DNA from: Phallusia mammillata
Lineage: Eukaryota
NCBI GenBank assembly: GCA_965637545.1
Contig: OZ281494.1
Location: 3,100,001-3,164,000, forward strand
DNA length: 64,000 bases
Direction of reading: 5' to 3'
Shown: piece after piece, positions 17,823 to 31,700 of the stretch
Layout: each line of letters begins with the position of its first letter
Numbering within the stretch: position 1 is the stretch's first letter
Position numbers and translations under genes: made by a program
Notes under the pieces: model-generated
What the model saw: only the letters and a program-made list of their open reading frames with translations
Database searches by the model: none
What the model was told of the DNA's origin: nothing

Positions 17823-17950
17823 ATCATATGGAAATGCTTATGGGCTTGATTCGGTATAACGCATTCAATAGGCCTAGCGTACTATGATTTCTAAATGAGT
17901 ATGCCGTGATCGCTGGTCTGTATGAACGCTTCAGGGCTTATCCCTGTACG
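17823..17950 (+). mobile_element. 3' tail fragment of the same SINE family
   Basis: catatggaaatgc...gattcggtataacgc...taggcctagcgtactatgatttct...gccgtgat...gaacgcttcagggc matches the tails at 2428-2500 and 13545-13640. Confidence 0.6.
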
Positions 17951-19802
17951 TATGTATATTAATCTTAGTCGAACAATAACACCTCACATAAAAATTGTTT
18001 TAGTAGACGAATTGAGGTTGCTTTGGAGTGTTTTTAAATAGTGGATAAAAGCGTGACAACTGACATAAACTGAAACAGTTACCAACTCAAAACAATATGA
18101 CGTTTTTTTAAGTTGCTTCATTTATTTCACAGTTATGTCAAAGTTTAATCGCTCTTTCGTCTGAAAGAAACAGTTATATCCGTGTCAAAATTACGACTGT
18201 TACCCGAAACGAGTTTAACACGCAAGCTACTTCAAACACACTGAAGTGTCCACCATTGTCCGACAATAGCGTAAAACAACTAATGTCAAACCCACATTCC
18301 TTCCGCACAGACTGTACTGGTATTGGTTAGTTCGCAAATTTTAAATGCAAAACACACTGTCCTGTTTTTAGGCCAGAAAATACACGATTTTAAGACTGAT
18401 ATCATAACGTTTTGTCCTAAATAGTTGTGTTTAATACCAGACAAATTAATTGCAAATCTCTTCGTAACATCAACAAACAAAAAGTTAATGCTTGCCTAAA
18501 ATTCCTTTATCATTCACACTGCCGAGGCCTTGTCATTAATCTGCCATTTATTGCTGATAAAGAGACGCGACTACATTGTATTTTGGAATCACAACGTCTC
18601 AATACAATCCATCAACAAAGATTATTATCAAACCCCAATACACTCATGATTGAATTTAGTCTGTACGTTCCAGGCACGCGATTCTGTCACTTTTCTGTTT
18701 TGACCTTGTCATTTTTTGTTTGCTTACCCTTTCTTATGGCCGGACGCCCACCGCGTTGACAAAAGCCTTTCAAGTATTTTGATACCTTCGAGCACGGCTT
18801 GGGTTCTTCAGTCAAGCGGAAAAGTTGCTACCGGGAAAAGCAGTCGAGCAGAAAATATCTTTTTTTTCATTATGGGATGCCCGATAATTGACAAATTAAA
18901 AAGTGCTTTCAGCAACAAGTTAGACAAATATTTTATGATGCAAACAAAAATTTGATTTTGTGACAAATGCAAAACTGTTCTAACACATTTCTATTTCCTA
19001 ATTTTAATTTTTAATGCAAACATAAGTTTTAAAAGATTTTTTGCTACGCAACAAGTCTACATTTTCAACAAACCACTTTTTATAATTTACAACAGAACAG
19101 CTTCCACTAACGTACACAACTCTTTGGTTGTCTGGAGACAATAGCACGTGTGCTGTTGAAAAGCAGAGCCGAAACAGCTGCAACCTGCAACGTTGTTTTC
19201 CGGTTCTCAGCAGCATGAACAGAAAAAGCTAAAAGTTTCTTGGAAAATGTGCATTTGCGGCAGGCAAAGTGCTAACGTTGAAAAAGACAAGCAATATAAA
19301 AGTCTCTACTAACTAGTAAGGTGATAATTGTACTGTAAATTGTTGTTAAACATTCAAACATTGTCATTAAGCAATATGCATGTAAAGGTTGACGCCGACG
19401 GAATCTTGTTCGTTTTTGCACACCAACGTTTCAGTTGCTTTGATTTAAGAGAACATTTTAGCCAAAATGGCTTGTCAAACAGTTTCTTTTGTTTGTTTCA
19501 AAATCCTGTTAAATTGTTTTTATACTCCCGTTCATGTGAAGTGAGGATTGTCAATGGTTTTGGCTCTGGTACAGTTGACTCATCATCTCAGGTTTGATGT
19601 TTAAACAATGCAATTTTATAATTGAACATGAATTTGCCATGACAAAGGCATTTCCCTTCCTGACTCCTGACAATAATTATTAATTATTTCCTTCCACAGT
19701 ATAAACTCATAATGTTCACTGTTCTCTACCATTGCTTTTACATGCAAATAGTTATTACTTATATCACTTATCATTTCAGTATTTTTCAGCAGTGGATTTC
19801 AA

Positions 19803-22634
19803 ATGGCATCGTCAAATATCTTTGATTACAAAGCATCAGACTTTTTATTTGATGTTCCAAATCATTCATTTCATGAAGGTGTGCATTCAGATTTTGACAA
19901 ATGTTTACTCTCAAAATGGAACAAGGCTCATGACAGCGGACTATGCAAGTATTTTTTACAGGTTGGTAGTTCAGCAACTGTGTGAATAAAGTAGGACTTT
20001 AATTTGAGGGCTAATAGTTCATCGCTGTCCGGGTATACCAGTTTTCATCAGTGATCCTTAGCTTGTGGGTAATTACCTCATAAGAGGTTTTGAGAATGCA
20101 GCAGGGTGTAACTACATTGTGTTATTTTGATTGTTTTTAAGAGGGTGTATATATTCTATCTGGTTGTTTTCAGATGAACCACTGCTTTACCTACATTTGT
20201 TATACTTTCAGTATTTTTGTTTAGTTTTGGTTTTAAAAGTGTTGCAGTTTTTTTTTAAAAAATTGTGTTATTAATTTTTGTTTTAGCTTGAATGTAAAAC
20301 CATTCCTGGAAATAAAGGTTATGTCGCCCAAATGAATGCTCAACGAAAAGAACGTCGTGCGCCTCAATCCTTTCACAGTGTAAACATGCCATTTGATCCT
20401 GACAAATTCAATTTTACAAAAATTAAAGTGGACGAAATTCTTTTTCAAGTATGTCAAACTTGTTGCTTATTTTTTGTTGTGTTTATTTCTATGCAAACAG
20501 ATGGTGTGTCTAATATTTGATCCATTTGCTTAACTTTTATTGTGATGGCGGTAAAAAGTGATTTTCATTATAACCAATTAACCTACTCTTAGCTTCCTCT
20601 ACTAAATGAATATTTTATATCCAGTGGCTCCATTATAAATTGTTTACACAACATGCCTGGTGATAATCATTTTTTGAAAAACATCTGAGTAAAAGAAAAA
20701 GGGCATTATGAAATTACATTAACTGACATTGTACTGTTTTAGGTCCAGAAACAGAGTGTCATAGACGATAACTGCAATAGTTTGAATGTAAATAGCAATG
20801 GGACACATGAATTTGAGGACATGTTTATCATTAATGTCAGCCCTTTTGCAGTTGGCCATTCATTGGTGGTGCCTAATCTTTCTGAATGCAGGTGTTTGCA
20901 TGAACCAACTTACCATTAATTATTCAACTTTGCATGAATAATGTATGACAAATTTGTTTGCATGAGATTATTACTTTGGTGGTGTGAAACTAACTTCAGT
21001 AATTATTACAACTGTTTGTCTTTCCTTTTCTAAATATAAATTGGGTGTGATTCATTGGTACCAAATGCATGCATATTTGGCGTATGTTATGCATAACAGA
21101 TGGTAATCACCTTGTCTTTGTCAGATAACAACCTGGCGTTCCCTATGTGCACGGTATAATATACATTTACTCACTGTTTATCTATACATATCATGTAACT
21201 AACTATGTGTACGTTCTTTGCATTCTGGTAATGTTTAAAGCTGAATGCAGTATATTCTTAGACCAGTACATTTTATGCACTTTTTTGCTGAATTGCAAAC
21301 TATAACATATTATCAGAAAATTTTACAGCAATTTACACATTTGCTTCATTCAAAATGATTTTTTTTTAAATTATCTGTATTGTTAATGTTACCACATTTC
21401 CTACTTAATCACTTGTCGCCAAATAATAAACTGGCTTTTTCTTTGTAAATTGTCATGTACATTTGCACATTGTCTGTCTATTGCTTACTAATATAAATGT
21501 TTTCAGAGCCCAGGTGCTGACACTCCATGCGTTGGAACTGGGGGTTGAGATGCAAAGTTTAAGTGCTTGTCCCAATTTCTATGTTGTTTTCAATGGAATG
21601 TGTGCCCATGCTTCGGTTAACCATCTTCATTTGCACTGTTATTATTTTAACGTTAAAAAACCCTCACAAGGTAAGTAGAGCTGCAAGAAGATAAATAACT
21701 GATTTATCTTATTTAGTTAAAGAAGTTTTAGCGTGTTTTTTTGAAAAATGTATGTTACATTTTAATATAAGACTTGAAGTTAGAAAAAAATAATGTCAAA
21801 TAAGCACCTACAAAGTCATTGAGCTTCCTAATTAATGTAAATATGTAAACATCATATTTTGCAGACCGCCAGTGCAATGGATCAACTCCAGCCCAAAAAA
21901 CCTCTTTACCCGTGCAACGAGATGATCTTAGTTTTCAACCTGTATCAAAATCATGTTTTGTTTGTCATTCTATGCCAGTTCCAGCAATTGTGTTTCAGGT
22001 AAATAGTTTTGTAACAACAAAACCTAAATCAATGCTAGCTGTATGTAATATATTTTACTTGCTACCCTTAACCGCAATTCTAAGTTGTGTTTTTGCATGC
22101 ATGACATATGGGTATGTCTTTTTTCTGTTTAGGTTTTATCTGCTGCCGAAATATCTGTTGTTTCGACTATGATACATTTGGTAACTCAATATTTTGTGAA
22201 AGAAGGTATTGCACACAACCTGTGTGTAGTGAAAGCCAGAAAAATCCAAACACAATCAGGTACAACATTTTAAAAATCAATTTGCTAGAGTTTTGTAGAA
22301 TAATATATTATAGTGGCACCTGTAATAATCAAAAATCTATTTCTTTTACATTTTAAAGATACGACTTTTATTTCCAGGAACCCAAGGACCAATTGGTGAT
22401 GATTTTAACGCCATTCGTATTTTTCTGTGGCCCAGACGTAAAATGGCAGGAGCCAAAATAGAAAACAGATTGAACGCAGCTGCGTGTGAATTGTCTGGCC
22501 ATGTTTTCCTGCAGCCGGATTTGTATGAAAACATCACTGAAGAAACATGGGAAAAACACGCTGCGAATGACGCGTTACCCCCTGATGAGTTTAATGCCAT
22601 TGTTGAACAAGTTAAGGGTATGCTTAATCATTAG
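19803..22634 (+). CDS. GDPGP1: GDP-D-glucose phosphorylase 1, 383 aa
   Basis: Exons 19803-19961, 20287-20448, 20743-20891, 21507-21670, 21865-21998, 22133-22259, 22378-22634. Motifs VAQMN..R..RR.PQ, PFDPDKFNFTKI, IINVSPFAVGHSLVVP, HIT-like ASVNHLHLH, IAHNL, LWPR, NAAACELSGH all match GDPGP1/VTC2. Confidence 0.95.
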
Positions 22635-22660
22635 TGTTTAGCAGTGATGTTCCCTATTGG

Positions 22661-22843
22661 CATTGGTGGGATTCATTTTTTTTTGTCTGTTGGTTCTATT
22701 ACAAAAGTCACATTTTTCAGCCGGTTCTGTTACAAAAAGTCCATTGACATAATAACCAGTAATGGTAACCGGTTCGCTGATCTCATAAAATTTCGTGAGA
22801 CGGTTCTATAGAACCGGTGCAAACCGGCTGAATCCCACCTCTG
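22661..22843. mobile_element. MITE family CAGTGGTGGGATTC
   Basis: cattggtgggattca...aaccggttcgctgatctcataaaatttcgtgagacggttctatagaaccgg...gaatcccacctctg; inserted 27 nt after the GDPGP1 stop codon. Confidence 0.85.
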
Positions 22844-23424
22844 CTTATAAGCGTTAAACTGAACACTGCTCAAAAATTGTCGGCACACAAGTAAATTTAA
22901 TCTGCACATTCTTATATAATGCAACATACACTATTATTATTCAGACCAACAGCCTTGCTTAAATGGTCCTTTACTGTATAGCTTCCATAGCTTATTTATA
23001 TGTCTAAACACATAAAAACGGTATGGGTGGCGTTACCTAGCCGTCCTTAATCAAAAGGACACTTCAACTGAAAAAATACTTCAAAATTTAATCGTGTAAT
23101 TAACAAACTACGTTTAGTTCACCCGAATAAACGCCCGGGTATTTGTTAGATATATCTTCTCATTTGGGAGTGTTGTGTAAAAAGTAAACATATTAATTGC
23201 AGCTTTGTATTTAGAACGATAACTTTTTGTTTTGTACACATTCAAAAGGTTGCAAAATGTCGCTGTTTAAGATATATTGTGTGTAATATATTTTACTTTT
23301 TTACATCATATCTTCAAAACTGCTGTTTCTTCAAATGCAATGTAATTTTATTTATGTTTGTAGTCAGATATTATTGTAATGCAAACTTCTTCAAAAACGT
23401 CACGTTTTATATGTACTTGTTTTA

Positions 23425-23445
23425 TGTGTGTGTGTGTGTGTGTGT
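23425..23445. repeat. (TG)n microsatellite
   Basis: About 10 TG units read directly. Confidence 0.95.
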
Positions 23446-23916
23446 TTTCGGTTCATGCTGTTTATTTTGCAATGCGTAGCCTACTGTTCAAAAATGAATA
23501 TGATGAAAGGGTATGAATTAATATAATTAGTTGACACAAGCCAACAAGCGTTTGAGGCAACAAAACAGAAAACATGTCAAAAACGGAAATTTGTCGACCT
23601 CTAGTGGTCAATAAGTGTGACTTCGGTTTTATGCAGTCTGCACAGATTATTTAATAAAGTCCACGAGTTGAAGCGAATATGAGAACTGCTTCTATTTTTG
23701 TCCTGGTTTTTGAGTATCCATGTGAAAAATACTTGTGTTAGGTGGATCTACGGCCGTTTTTTCGGGCTTAAATAAGCGAGAACTACTTTTGGTTTGATGG
23801 ACTGTTGTAATGACAAAAACGCTGTAACACTGTATGTAGAAAATTGAGTTTTATTAAACGAACGAGTAACTTTAGAACTACTACAAGGTCAGGTTTGTTA
23901 TCGATGTGCAGACTCT

Positions 23917-25334
23917 TCAATACATTTTAAATTGTCGATGAGTCAAATTCATTTCATCCACGTATCTGCAAAAAATATAAATAGTTTGTTGTAAGTTTCC
24001 GGTTTAAAGTTGTGTTTAAGTAATTTCCCACAGATAAAGTTATTGGTTTAGGTATAAAGTATGTTGGGTTGTTTGGAAAGATTTAAATACCTTTTAACTG
24101 TTTAGCAAAGGAAAAGTTAAAAGGTTCCAAACATTATTGTAATAGATTGAAGATCGTTGACACCCCAGGTTATAGACCCCAGCGTAAAAACTTTACAAAA
24201 CAAGCTAAAACCAAACTGTAAATTCTTCATGTTATTTTACCTTCAAACCCTATTATAACAAACTCTTCGTGCTCCTGAAATTCCGGTTTGGTAACCACTG
24301 TGTTACAAGTGGGTTTTCATGCTGCTAGCTACTTGCGAATTCGCAAATAGTTGCATCTAACTATTATAGTGATCTAAAATATTAAAGTTTACCTGGACAT
24401 GGCGCTAGTTACAATGGGATGTCGATTTCCAGTTTGTGGGACCATTTTTGGGGCAGGTCCAAGGCCAGTTCCCCACTTCGGGTGTTCTATTCTTATCGGA
24501 CGGCCACGGGAGGGCAGCATTTCACGCAATGTCGACCAATCTTCACAACGAGTGATGCGGAGTGACGGGTACGTTTGTTCTTCTTCACCTCTTCTGCTCA
24601 TTTCACGCAACGACCGCTGTCTTTGTGGCAGCTGCATAGAAATCATAATCGATATTTTTTTCATACATTTTATTTGTTGCTATAATATACTTCAAAATGC
24701 TAGCAAGTAATTTATAGTTTACTTGATATTGCACATGTTCTTTATTCACTACGAACAAGTTCGAGTTAAAGTTGTGTTTGCCTACACTCTTATGTTATTG
24801 CATGACCATAGTTTTGTCCCGCCTCCGCAATATCGCTACTTCGCCGTCACCACTTATCACTTCTTAGCCCGCGCATGCAAAAAGGTTGCCCACCTTTGTT
24901 CTATTGGCGGCTACAGTTAGGCTACAAAACTATTTCTGTAGCAGCACAAATGATTGTTAGTAGTAGAACAATGATACAATAGTGATTGTTAACGACAGTA
25001 AACCACCTAATTACAATTGCAAGTCTCTATTAAAGCTATGATATATTTCAATACCTTAAATAGTAAATGCAACAGAAAAACAAACCTACAGCACCCTACC
25101 TTAATAGATGCATTGATACATATATATTGGAGCACTTACCCATTCTGGTGGCAGTTCACTTGTTGATTTCGGTGTATCGATTGTCTTATGCCTAGGAACC
25201 GGGGCCGAATCCCTTGTGTCCAATGGGTCGTAGGGTCTGGACACCCAAACTGTTTCGGGAGAGGGTGGGGTCTTTTTGCCACTACTGTGCGTGTATTTGA
25301 AGTCACCAAACATTCCCAAACACGCGGAAGCCAT
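23917..25334 (-). CDS. Uncharacterised 160-aa protein
   Basis: Exons 25140-25334, 24393-24631, 23917-23965 with GT-AG sites and matching phases: MASACLGMFGDF...PPEW|LPQRQR...WSTLREMLPSRGRP...TSAMSR|YVDEMNLTHRQFKMY*. Confidence 0.75.
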
Positions 25335-26236
25335 TCTTTTTGCCCAAAATACGTTCCCTGTAATTGCATTAAGATTAAGGTGTAAAAACTGATAAAAATA
25401 GTACAAGCGTTTTTTGTAACAGTCGGGCTATCTTATTGTACTAAAAAGACATAGCCTACTTTTGTTTTATAATACGTCGCTACAAAAGTGAAAAGTATTG
25501 AATGTATCTGCATGTAATATTTCTAAGTGTAAAACAAGTTTTCTGAAACCACACTGTCAACAACTAACACTTCGCTACAATGTGAATGATAATCTTTTTC
25601 TCGTTTACGTCGCATGTAAACAGTTGTAAAATTTACGACTTTTTTGTCTCAATAAAGCTTCCATAAACGCCTGTTCAAACATTGCTGGTTCCGTAATCCA
25701 TTTAAACCCCGGCTACAGAGCTACAGAGAAAGCAAAGCATATCTAGTTTCAGGCCTAACATATTAGGACAAACCTTTGGTGTGTCAACTTAAGGACACAA
25801 AGCTTACAACACGCTTCGCGAGGGCTTTAGTTGAAAAGCTCGCAAACACAATTGAAAGAAGCCAGACAATGTGGTTTTTGGCACTCGCGCACAAATGAAA
25901 CTCCTGCTGTAGAGATATTTAAAGGTCGCCCAAACAAAAGTAGGCGGTAATATGATTACAGGCAACACGTAGCTACACATACCAATTAACTTCAAAATGT
26001 GTCTGTTTTAAAATATGTTCAACCCAAATGTCATAATTTAACCCTCACTTTATTTTTGTAATTCAAGATTAAAGTCAATTGTTCACTGTGAATGTTGCCT
26101 TTGCAAACAACTCCCCACTTTAAATCAAAAAAATTGTTAAACTTACTTTATGACGTCACATAAAGTACAGCATTATGAGCAGAAGCCAATTCCAAAATAA
26201 ACAACGGTTTTGTTTGTGACTTTTTGACGTTTAACA

Positions 26237-27960
26237 ATGTCAGCCAGCAGTATTGTCAGAGATCAAAAGGCCTCAGTTGGTTCTCCGTTTCAGTTTGTGC
26301 CTTGTACCCCGAAATTACTGAGACCAAATGCAACTAACGCGCCGATTCTTGAAAACTTGTTTTCGCAACTTGTAACACCAGGTAAGTTGACGCCATTTTG
26401 TGCAAATTTTAGTGAATTTGTGAAGTCAAATTTTTCAAAGTTTTTGTCAATTTAGTTGTAAGGCCCGTGTTTCTCAGTCTGTGTTGGTCTTAGACTATTG
26501 CCGTTTAAGCATTTGTAAGTGAATGTATAATAATGAAAACGTTTTATGAAGTTGAAAACAGCGCTGGTATGCTTTTATGACCACACAGCATGATTCCTGC
26601 ACATTTAGCAATGACCTCATATATACTACACGAAAAACAGTCATGCTTACGGACCGATTGTGCACTTTAAATGAACTGTAAAACTGTGTAACATGCAACA
26701 AAAATGACACGGCGTTTGTCTTGCAAACCAACAATCTTATTTATTATTAAAACAATGACTTTGGTTGTGTTTACGTTTAAACAACAGCTAAAGATGTTTA
26801 CGTTGAACTAAGTTGCTCTTTAGCTCCACCACTGAAGCAAAATTATTAATGCCACAGAATTTATACTGGTTCTTTACAGCCGCGTTTTAGTCCCAGTCCA
26901 TTAGTAGACGAAATTTTTATTGGCTGCTTGTTAATGGTAAAACGGGTGGTGTGGTATTGACTGGAAGCTTACGGAAATCGCATACTTATTTGTAAAGTTG
27001 TATGCAACCCTTTATCAACTTAAGCCAACATTGTGACCAGTGGAGGGATTACAATTTTTTGTCAGCCGGTTCTATCACAACAGTTATATTTTTCAGCCTG
27101 TTCTGTTACCAAAAGTCAATTGACAGTAACCAATAATGCTAACCGGTTCGCTGATCTCATAAAATTTCGTGAGACGGTTCTATAGAACCGGTGCGAACCG
27201 GCTGAATCCCACCACTGATCGCAACCCTTTATCAACTTTTATCATAGTTTCAGAACCTTCAACATCAAGTCTTCTGGAACAGAACGTACCGAGCACTCCA
27301 ATTTCTCAAATTCCTCATACAAGCTCCCAAACCAGCAACAGTTTATCGTTTCAACAACTACTAACTCCAGATTGGACACCGGTGGCATCCGTTATGGCGA
27401 TTAAAGGTTGGTTAAAAATTTTTGTCTGGCAAGAAACAAAGATAACCTTATTTACCTTAGCGGATTCTGGTTTCTATTTTGTTTTGCAGAAAAACCCCTA
27501 CCGCTCAGCAAAACGACAGCCACGTAAGCACGTAACCGTTTTTCAAATAAAATTACATCACCTTTCCTTTTAATAAAGAGCACGTGGGCTTTACCTAAAC
27601 ATAACCTAATTATTCAGCCACATTTAAGAACGCTAGACACTGGCCTATACATTTAAGTAAGGTGACGGTTTTTCGCTGAAAACTGCGATTTAATTGTTTT
27701 TGATCCAGTTATATTATTCGTATGCAATCTCTTTTTTTTAGGACACAAAGTGTGAAGAAAACATCTGGTAAGTACTTGTAACACGAATCTAAATCTGACT
27801 AATTCATTCACCATTACAATATTCATTAGATGGAAATGGCGGATTCCAGATTGTACCGGAATCGGGTTGTTCAAGTTTAACACCCGCCACTTCTAACACA
27901 AACAGTTGTAAAGAGTCGACCAATTCCGATGTGTTTGAGAATGAGCCGATTTGGGGTTGA
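26237..27960 (+). CDS. Uncharacterised S/T/P-rich protein, ~162 aa (3' end uncertain)
   Basis: Exons 26237-26381, 27254-27406, 27490-27523, 27742-27767, 27830-27960; phases fit; ends EPIWG*. A further donor (28117) and acceptor (28200) lie downstream. Confidence 0.6.
27038..27217. mobile_element. MITE family CAGTGGTGGGATTC
   Basis: cagtggagggatt...gaatcccaccactg; body nearly identical to copies at 22661 and 48983. Confidence 0.85.
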
Positions 27961-28786
27961 CCCAAAACGGATTTAGGCATCAAATCTGTTCTTAGTCAGT
28001 TCTTTAACAACAAGCCATCAACCAAGCCACAGGTCCGTGTTTGAAGACAATTACATCGTTGCTCCTACTATACAGCTTAATTCCCGAAGATGCCTGCAGT
28101 TTTTACGAATTACAGGGTATGTCTCATAAAGATTTCAGCAATTATTGATATCCTAATTTTTTATTTAATACCCAAACGTGCATTTTTTGTTCATGTGCAG
28201 ACCAATTTACATAAAACCCTCGATCCAGTCTAAAGAAATCTAGATCGAAATGCGAAATGTGTATCTTCTATCTTCAATATTATGACTATCTTCAGCCCTT
28301 GTGTATACAGATAACAACCTAAAACTAGATTGTTCAGATACTTGAAGTGCATTAAACTATTTTCTAATTGTTTACTGCAAAGAATCGTTTGAAGAATTTA
28401 TTGAACGTGTATAAAAGTATGTCGTCGTCTTGGCAAAAACAAAACGCATCATTGTAAAAAAATATTTAAATAAACAACCCAGGATATATAATACAAAACA
28501 CACAAAATAATGGAAACACGTATACACTGTTCTGAGGTAGCATAAATACAAGACGTTTTGTTACAATGTTGTCCGTCATTATTACCATAAAAAACGCATC
28601 CCAGCTCCTGTTTTACTTTGGTACAAAAATATATAATTTGGTCTTGCACCACACAGAAGGTGTTTCATTCCAAAAACAGGATTTGTATTGAGATTTCAAA
28701 CGATAAAAAACTTGGTGAATGAAGATTCTTGTTCTTAAAACCCTTTGCAATTCAGATTTGATTAAAACAAGGACCTTATACGTTTA

Positions 28787-31700
28787 TCACCTTGTTTTCC
28801 ACACCAGGTTTCTTGGTACTGGTAAACCAGTTAAAACTTGTAGTTTTCCCTGGCGCAGGGACAACAGTGGCCACACAGGCCTGTTAAAAAACGTCCTGAA
28901 AGTGTAAAGATGTCGCTTTTCGGCCGCCGTGCTTGCGTTGTAAAACGAGAGAACGCCTCTCTCGTAATCGAGAAAAATCCCAATCCGGATCACTTTGGTA
29001 GCATGGCTGGCGGCGTGCGATGGGACGAAGATGTATTCCTTGTGGTTTTTGTGAATAGCCGAGAACCTGTTGCACAATTAGTCAAATAAAAGAGTCTAAA
29101 AATACCAGCACCAGTCCCATTATTTTTTTAACATCTGTGACAAAATAATGGTATTTTTAAGCTAAAACTGCAATCTGTACACCCGTGAGCATAACTCTTG
29201 GCACATTGTTATTTCAGTTTAAAAACAGGATATACTCTTGTCACATGGATACACTACTGACAATTCTACATACTAAAGGCTTGTTAAATAACAGTGTAAA
29301 CTTTTATATCAGTTGCTCCCACGCAGTCCGTTTAAAGTTACTCACTATCGCCACATAGCGGTAAATTACAAGTTAAAGCTCTTTCACCAAAACCCATTAA
29401 ATTTACCACAATAACCAACCTGTCAGGGTAAGTGAGACATAAAGCCCATGAATTATGTTCATCAGCTAGCGTTCTGGTTCCTTGCATATGTTTGTAAGCA
29501 ACACCGAGTCGATACTCCATGCTACGATTCACCGATACTTCCCAGTATTGCTTTCCCTGAATAAAAAGTCGTTAGTGTCCCATACTTTGGAATATACAGG
29601 TAAAGACTAAGCAAAATAATTTCGCGGTTTTCTATGGAATTAACCGGACGATTTTCTTAACAAATAGTTACAGTTGGATTTTCGATAATTGTGCAAATAA
29701 GTGGATTTACGACAAACCGGATTTGTCCCTAGTGAATCTTGACCAGTACAGGATGGATTGGGCAATTAAATAAGTTATAGTCATCTCATCTTATGACATC
29801 ATTTACACTTTCTAATGACATCTAAGTTATCAACAACAAAACATCAAAAGGATTTTTGTGATGAAAACAGTCTTAATGTATCTGCGGTGATATCTAACAT
29901 ATCTTTTACGTGGCAAGTTGTCCTACCTGTGTAATGGACGAATCTCCAAGAACAGTTGCGAACTGAGCTCTCTTCAATCTTCCATTTAGCCCGTTTATGT
30001 TGTTTAGTCCATACGGCTTCGTTTGATAGGGGTTTCTGCACAAAGAAAGTTATGCTGTACTGACCACTTCTGAAGACCATGCTTCAAGATATGCCATTAT
30101 CCTGATGAAGGCGTCTCATATGAGATGCCGAAACGTTGTTTTACATTAAAAATATGCTTGAAGAACAACAATTGTTAATACAGTATGCCTAGCAACAACT
30201 GCTTACTACAAACGAATTCGTTAGTTACATACCGGTTAATTGCATTCCTTTTGGGGAGACTGGAAGTTAGCAAGCTTATAAAGATAAGAAAGGACCGGTC
30301 AATCAAATATTCCGGTTATTTGCCAAAAAATCTCGACAAATTAAATATGCGATTAATCAGATTCGGTTCAGAGCCAAAATTTGCGACACGTATAGAATCT
30401 TCAAGTTTTTTTCCGCTGAGACTGTTTGACAGTGTTTAATCTTACCCTCCAGCTAGAGATGCCATAGAGGGATGACTTTGTTTCGTTGCAACGACTCCGT
30501 TTCTCTCTGATCCGATATATTCGACAGAGGAGTAGTTCGCTGCAACTCGCAATGCATTGTGGGCCGTGTTCGCGTCAAGCTTGAACGAAAACCGTTTCTT
30601 GATTTGCCTAAAATTTATTATTTTCCCAATAAAAAAATTGTTAAACGAACTGTACGACGCAATATAGACTATGTGGTATTTTTTTGCAAAAAAACTAATA
30701 TTTGAAAAATTACACTAGAATCAGTTTCAATATAATGGGATTTTTGTAGGATTTGCCTGTGGCAAAAACAAATTAAGAAGGTTAAAAAGATGAAGTGTAT
30801 ACAAATTAAAGTATGTCAGTCAATCCGTGCTTAAACGTGATGTTTTTGTTCCATATTGATGCAACAGAGCAAAGTTGTGGAATTCCACATGTTTGTCTCT
30901 TTCTCACCTTGGGGTAATTCCATTCGAAATTACTACGTCATTTCCGTCAAACGTACTGTCGACTTCGCAGCCATTCAAGCGTATCTTCTCAATCTCGTCC
31001 TGCACCGCGTTCAAATCCAGGCTCGGTTTAGGGACTGTCCCGTGCAGAGGAAACCCATCAGCGCCATCGCGTGGTGAAGATAACGCGCTCTCGGCTGTTG
31101 TGTGATCTTTGAAATCGCTGCAATATGCCGAAATATGTTAGTCTTTGGATGTCAAAGTTACAAAGTAAATATTCTTGTCAATAAAAATGGACACATATGT
31201 TTGTGAAAGAAACTGAATAAATGCCAAGCCATAGAAAGATCTACACTTTGAAAGATTTGCAAATGTGCTCCAGTAAATACGAGTGCAACGCTTATTTTTT
31301 TGCGTGGTGACAAATGTTGCTGTGCATGACAATACTGCGACCTTACTTTCATTTTATTCCCACACCAAAGTAATCCCGTTGGCGTTGCAAATTAAATTCT
31401 TAAAAAAAAACTTTTAGTGTTTCAAATCTACAAATTGTTCTGGTGGGCGATAGGTCAGCAAAAATACAAGTTCTTAAAAAAACAACTAGAATTTTGTTTA
31501 GCATAACACGAGTTAAATGACATTTTTTAAAACCTACAATTAGTGTTGGAAAACTTAGGTAGTAGGTCCACCGTAAGCTGTTTTTGAGAACCACTGACTA
31601 TAAATCATTGGGCATTAACCTTTTCCTATCCCTACAGTTTTATCATCAACCCATCACGAGTAGTTTTAGAAACGCTGTCGCAACATTAGTCAAAAAACCT

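Noticed and set aside
24399-24710. 103-aa Cys-rich + strand ORF
   Set aside because: Antisense shadow of the phase-consistent minus exon 24393-24631.
27958-27960. TGA as selenocysteine or readthrough
   Set aside because: No SECIS-like hairpin recognised, no redox-motif context, and a second TGA follows within 30 codons.
26237-28245. Assignment of the S/T/P-rich gene to RHNO1
   Set aside because: Only a loose ED.Y...RR..L..LR..G resemblance, in a frame not demonstrably joined to the ORF; needs a profile search.
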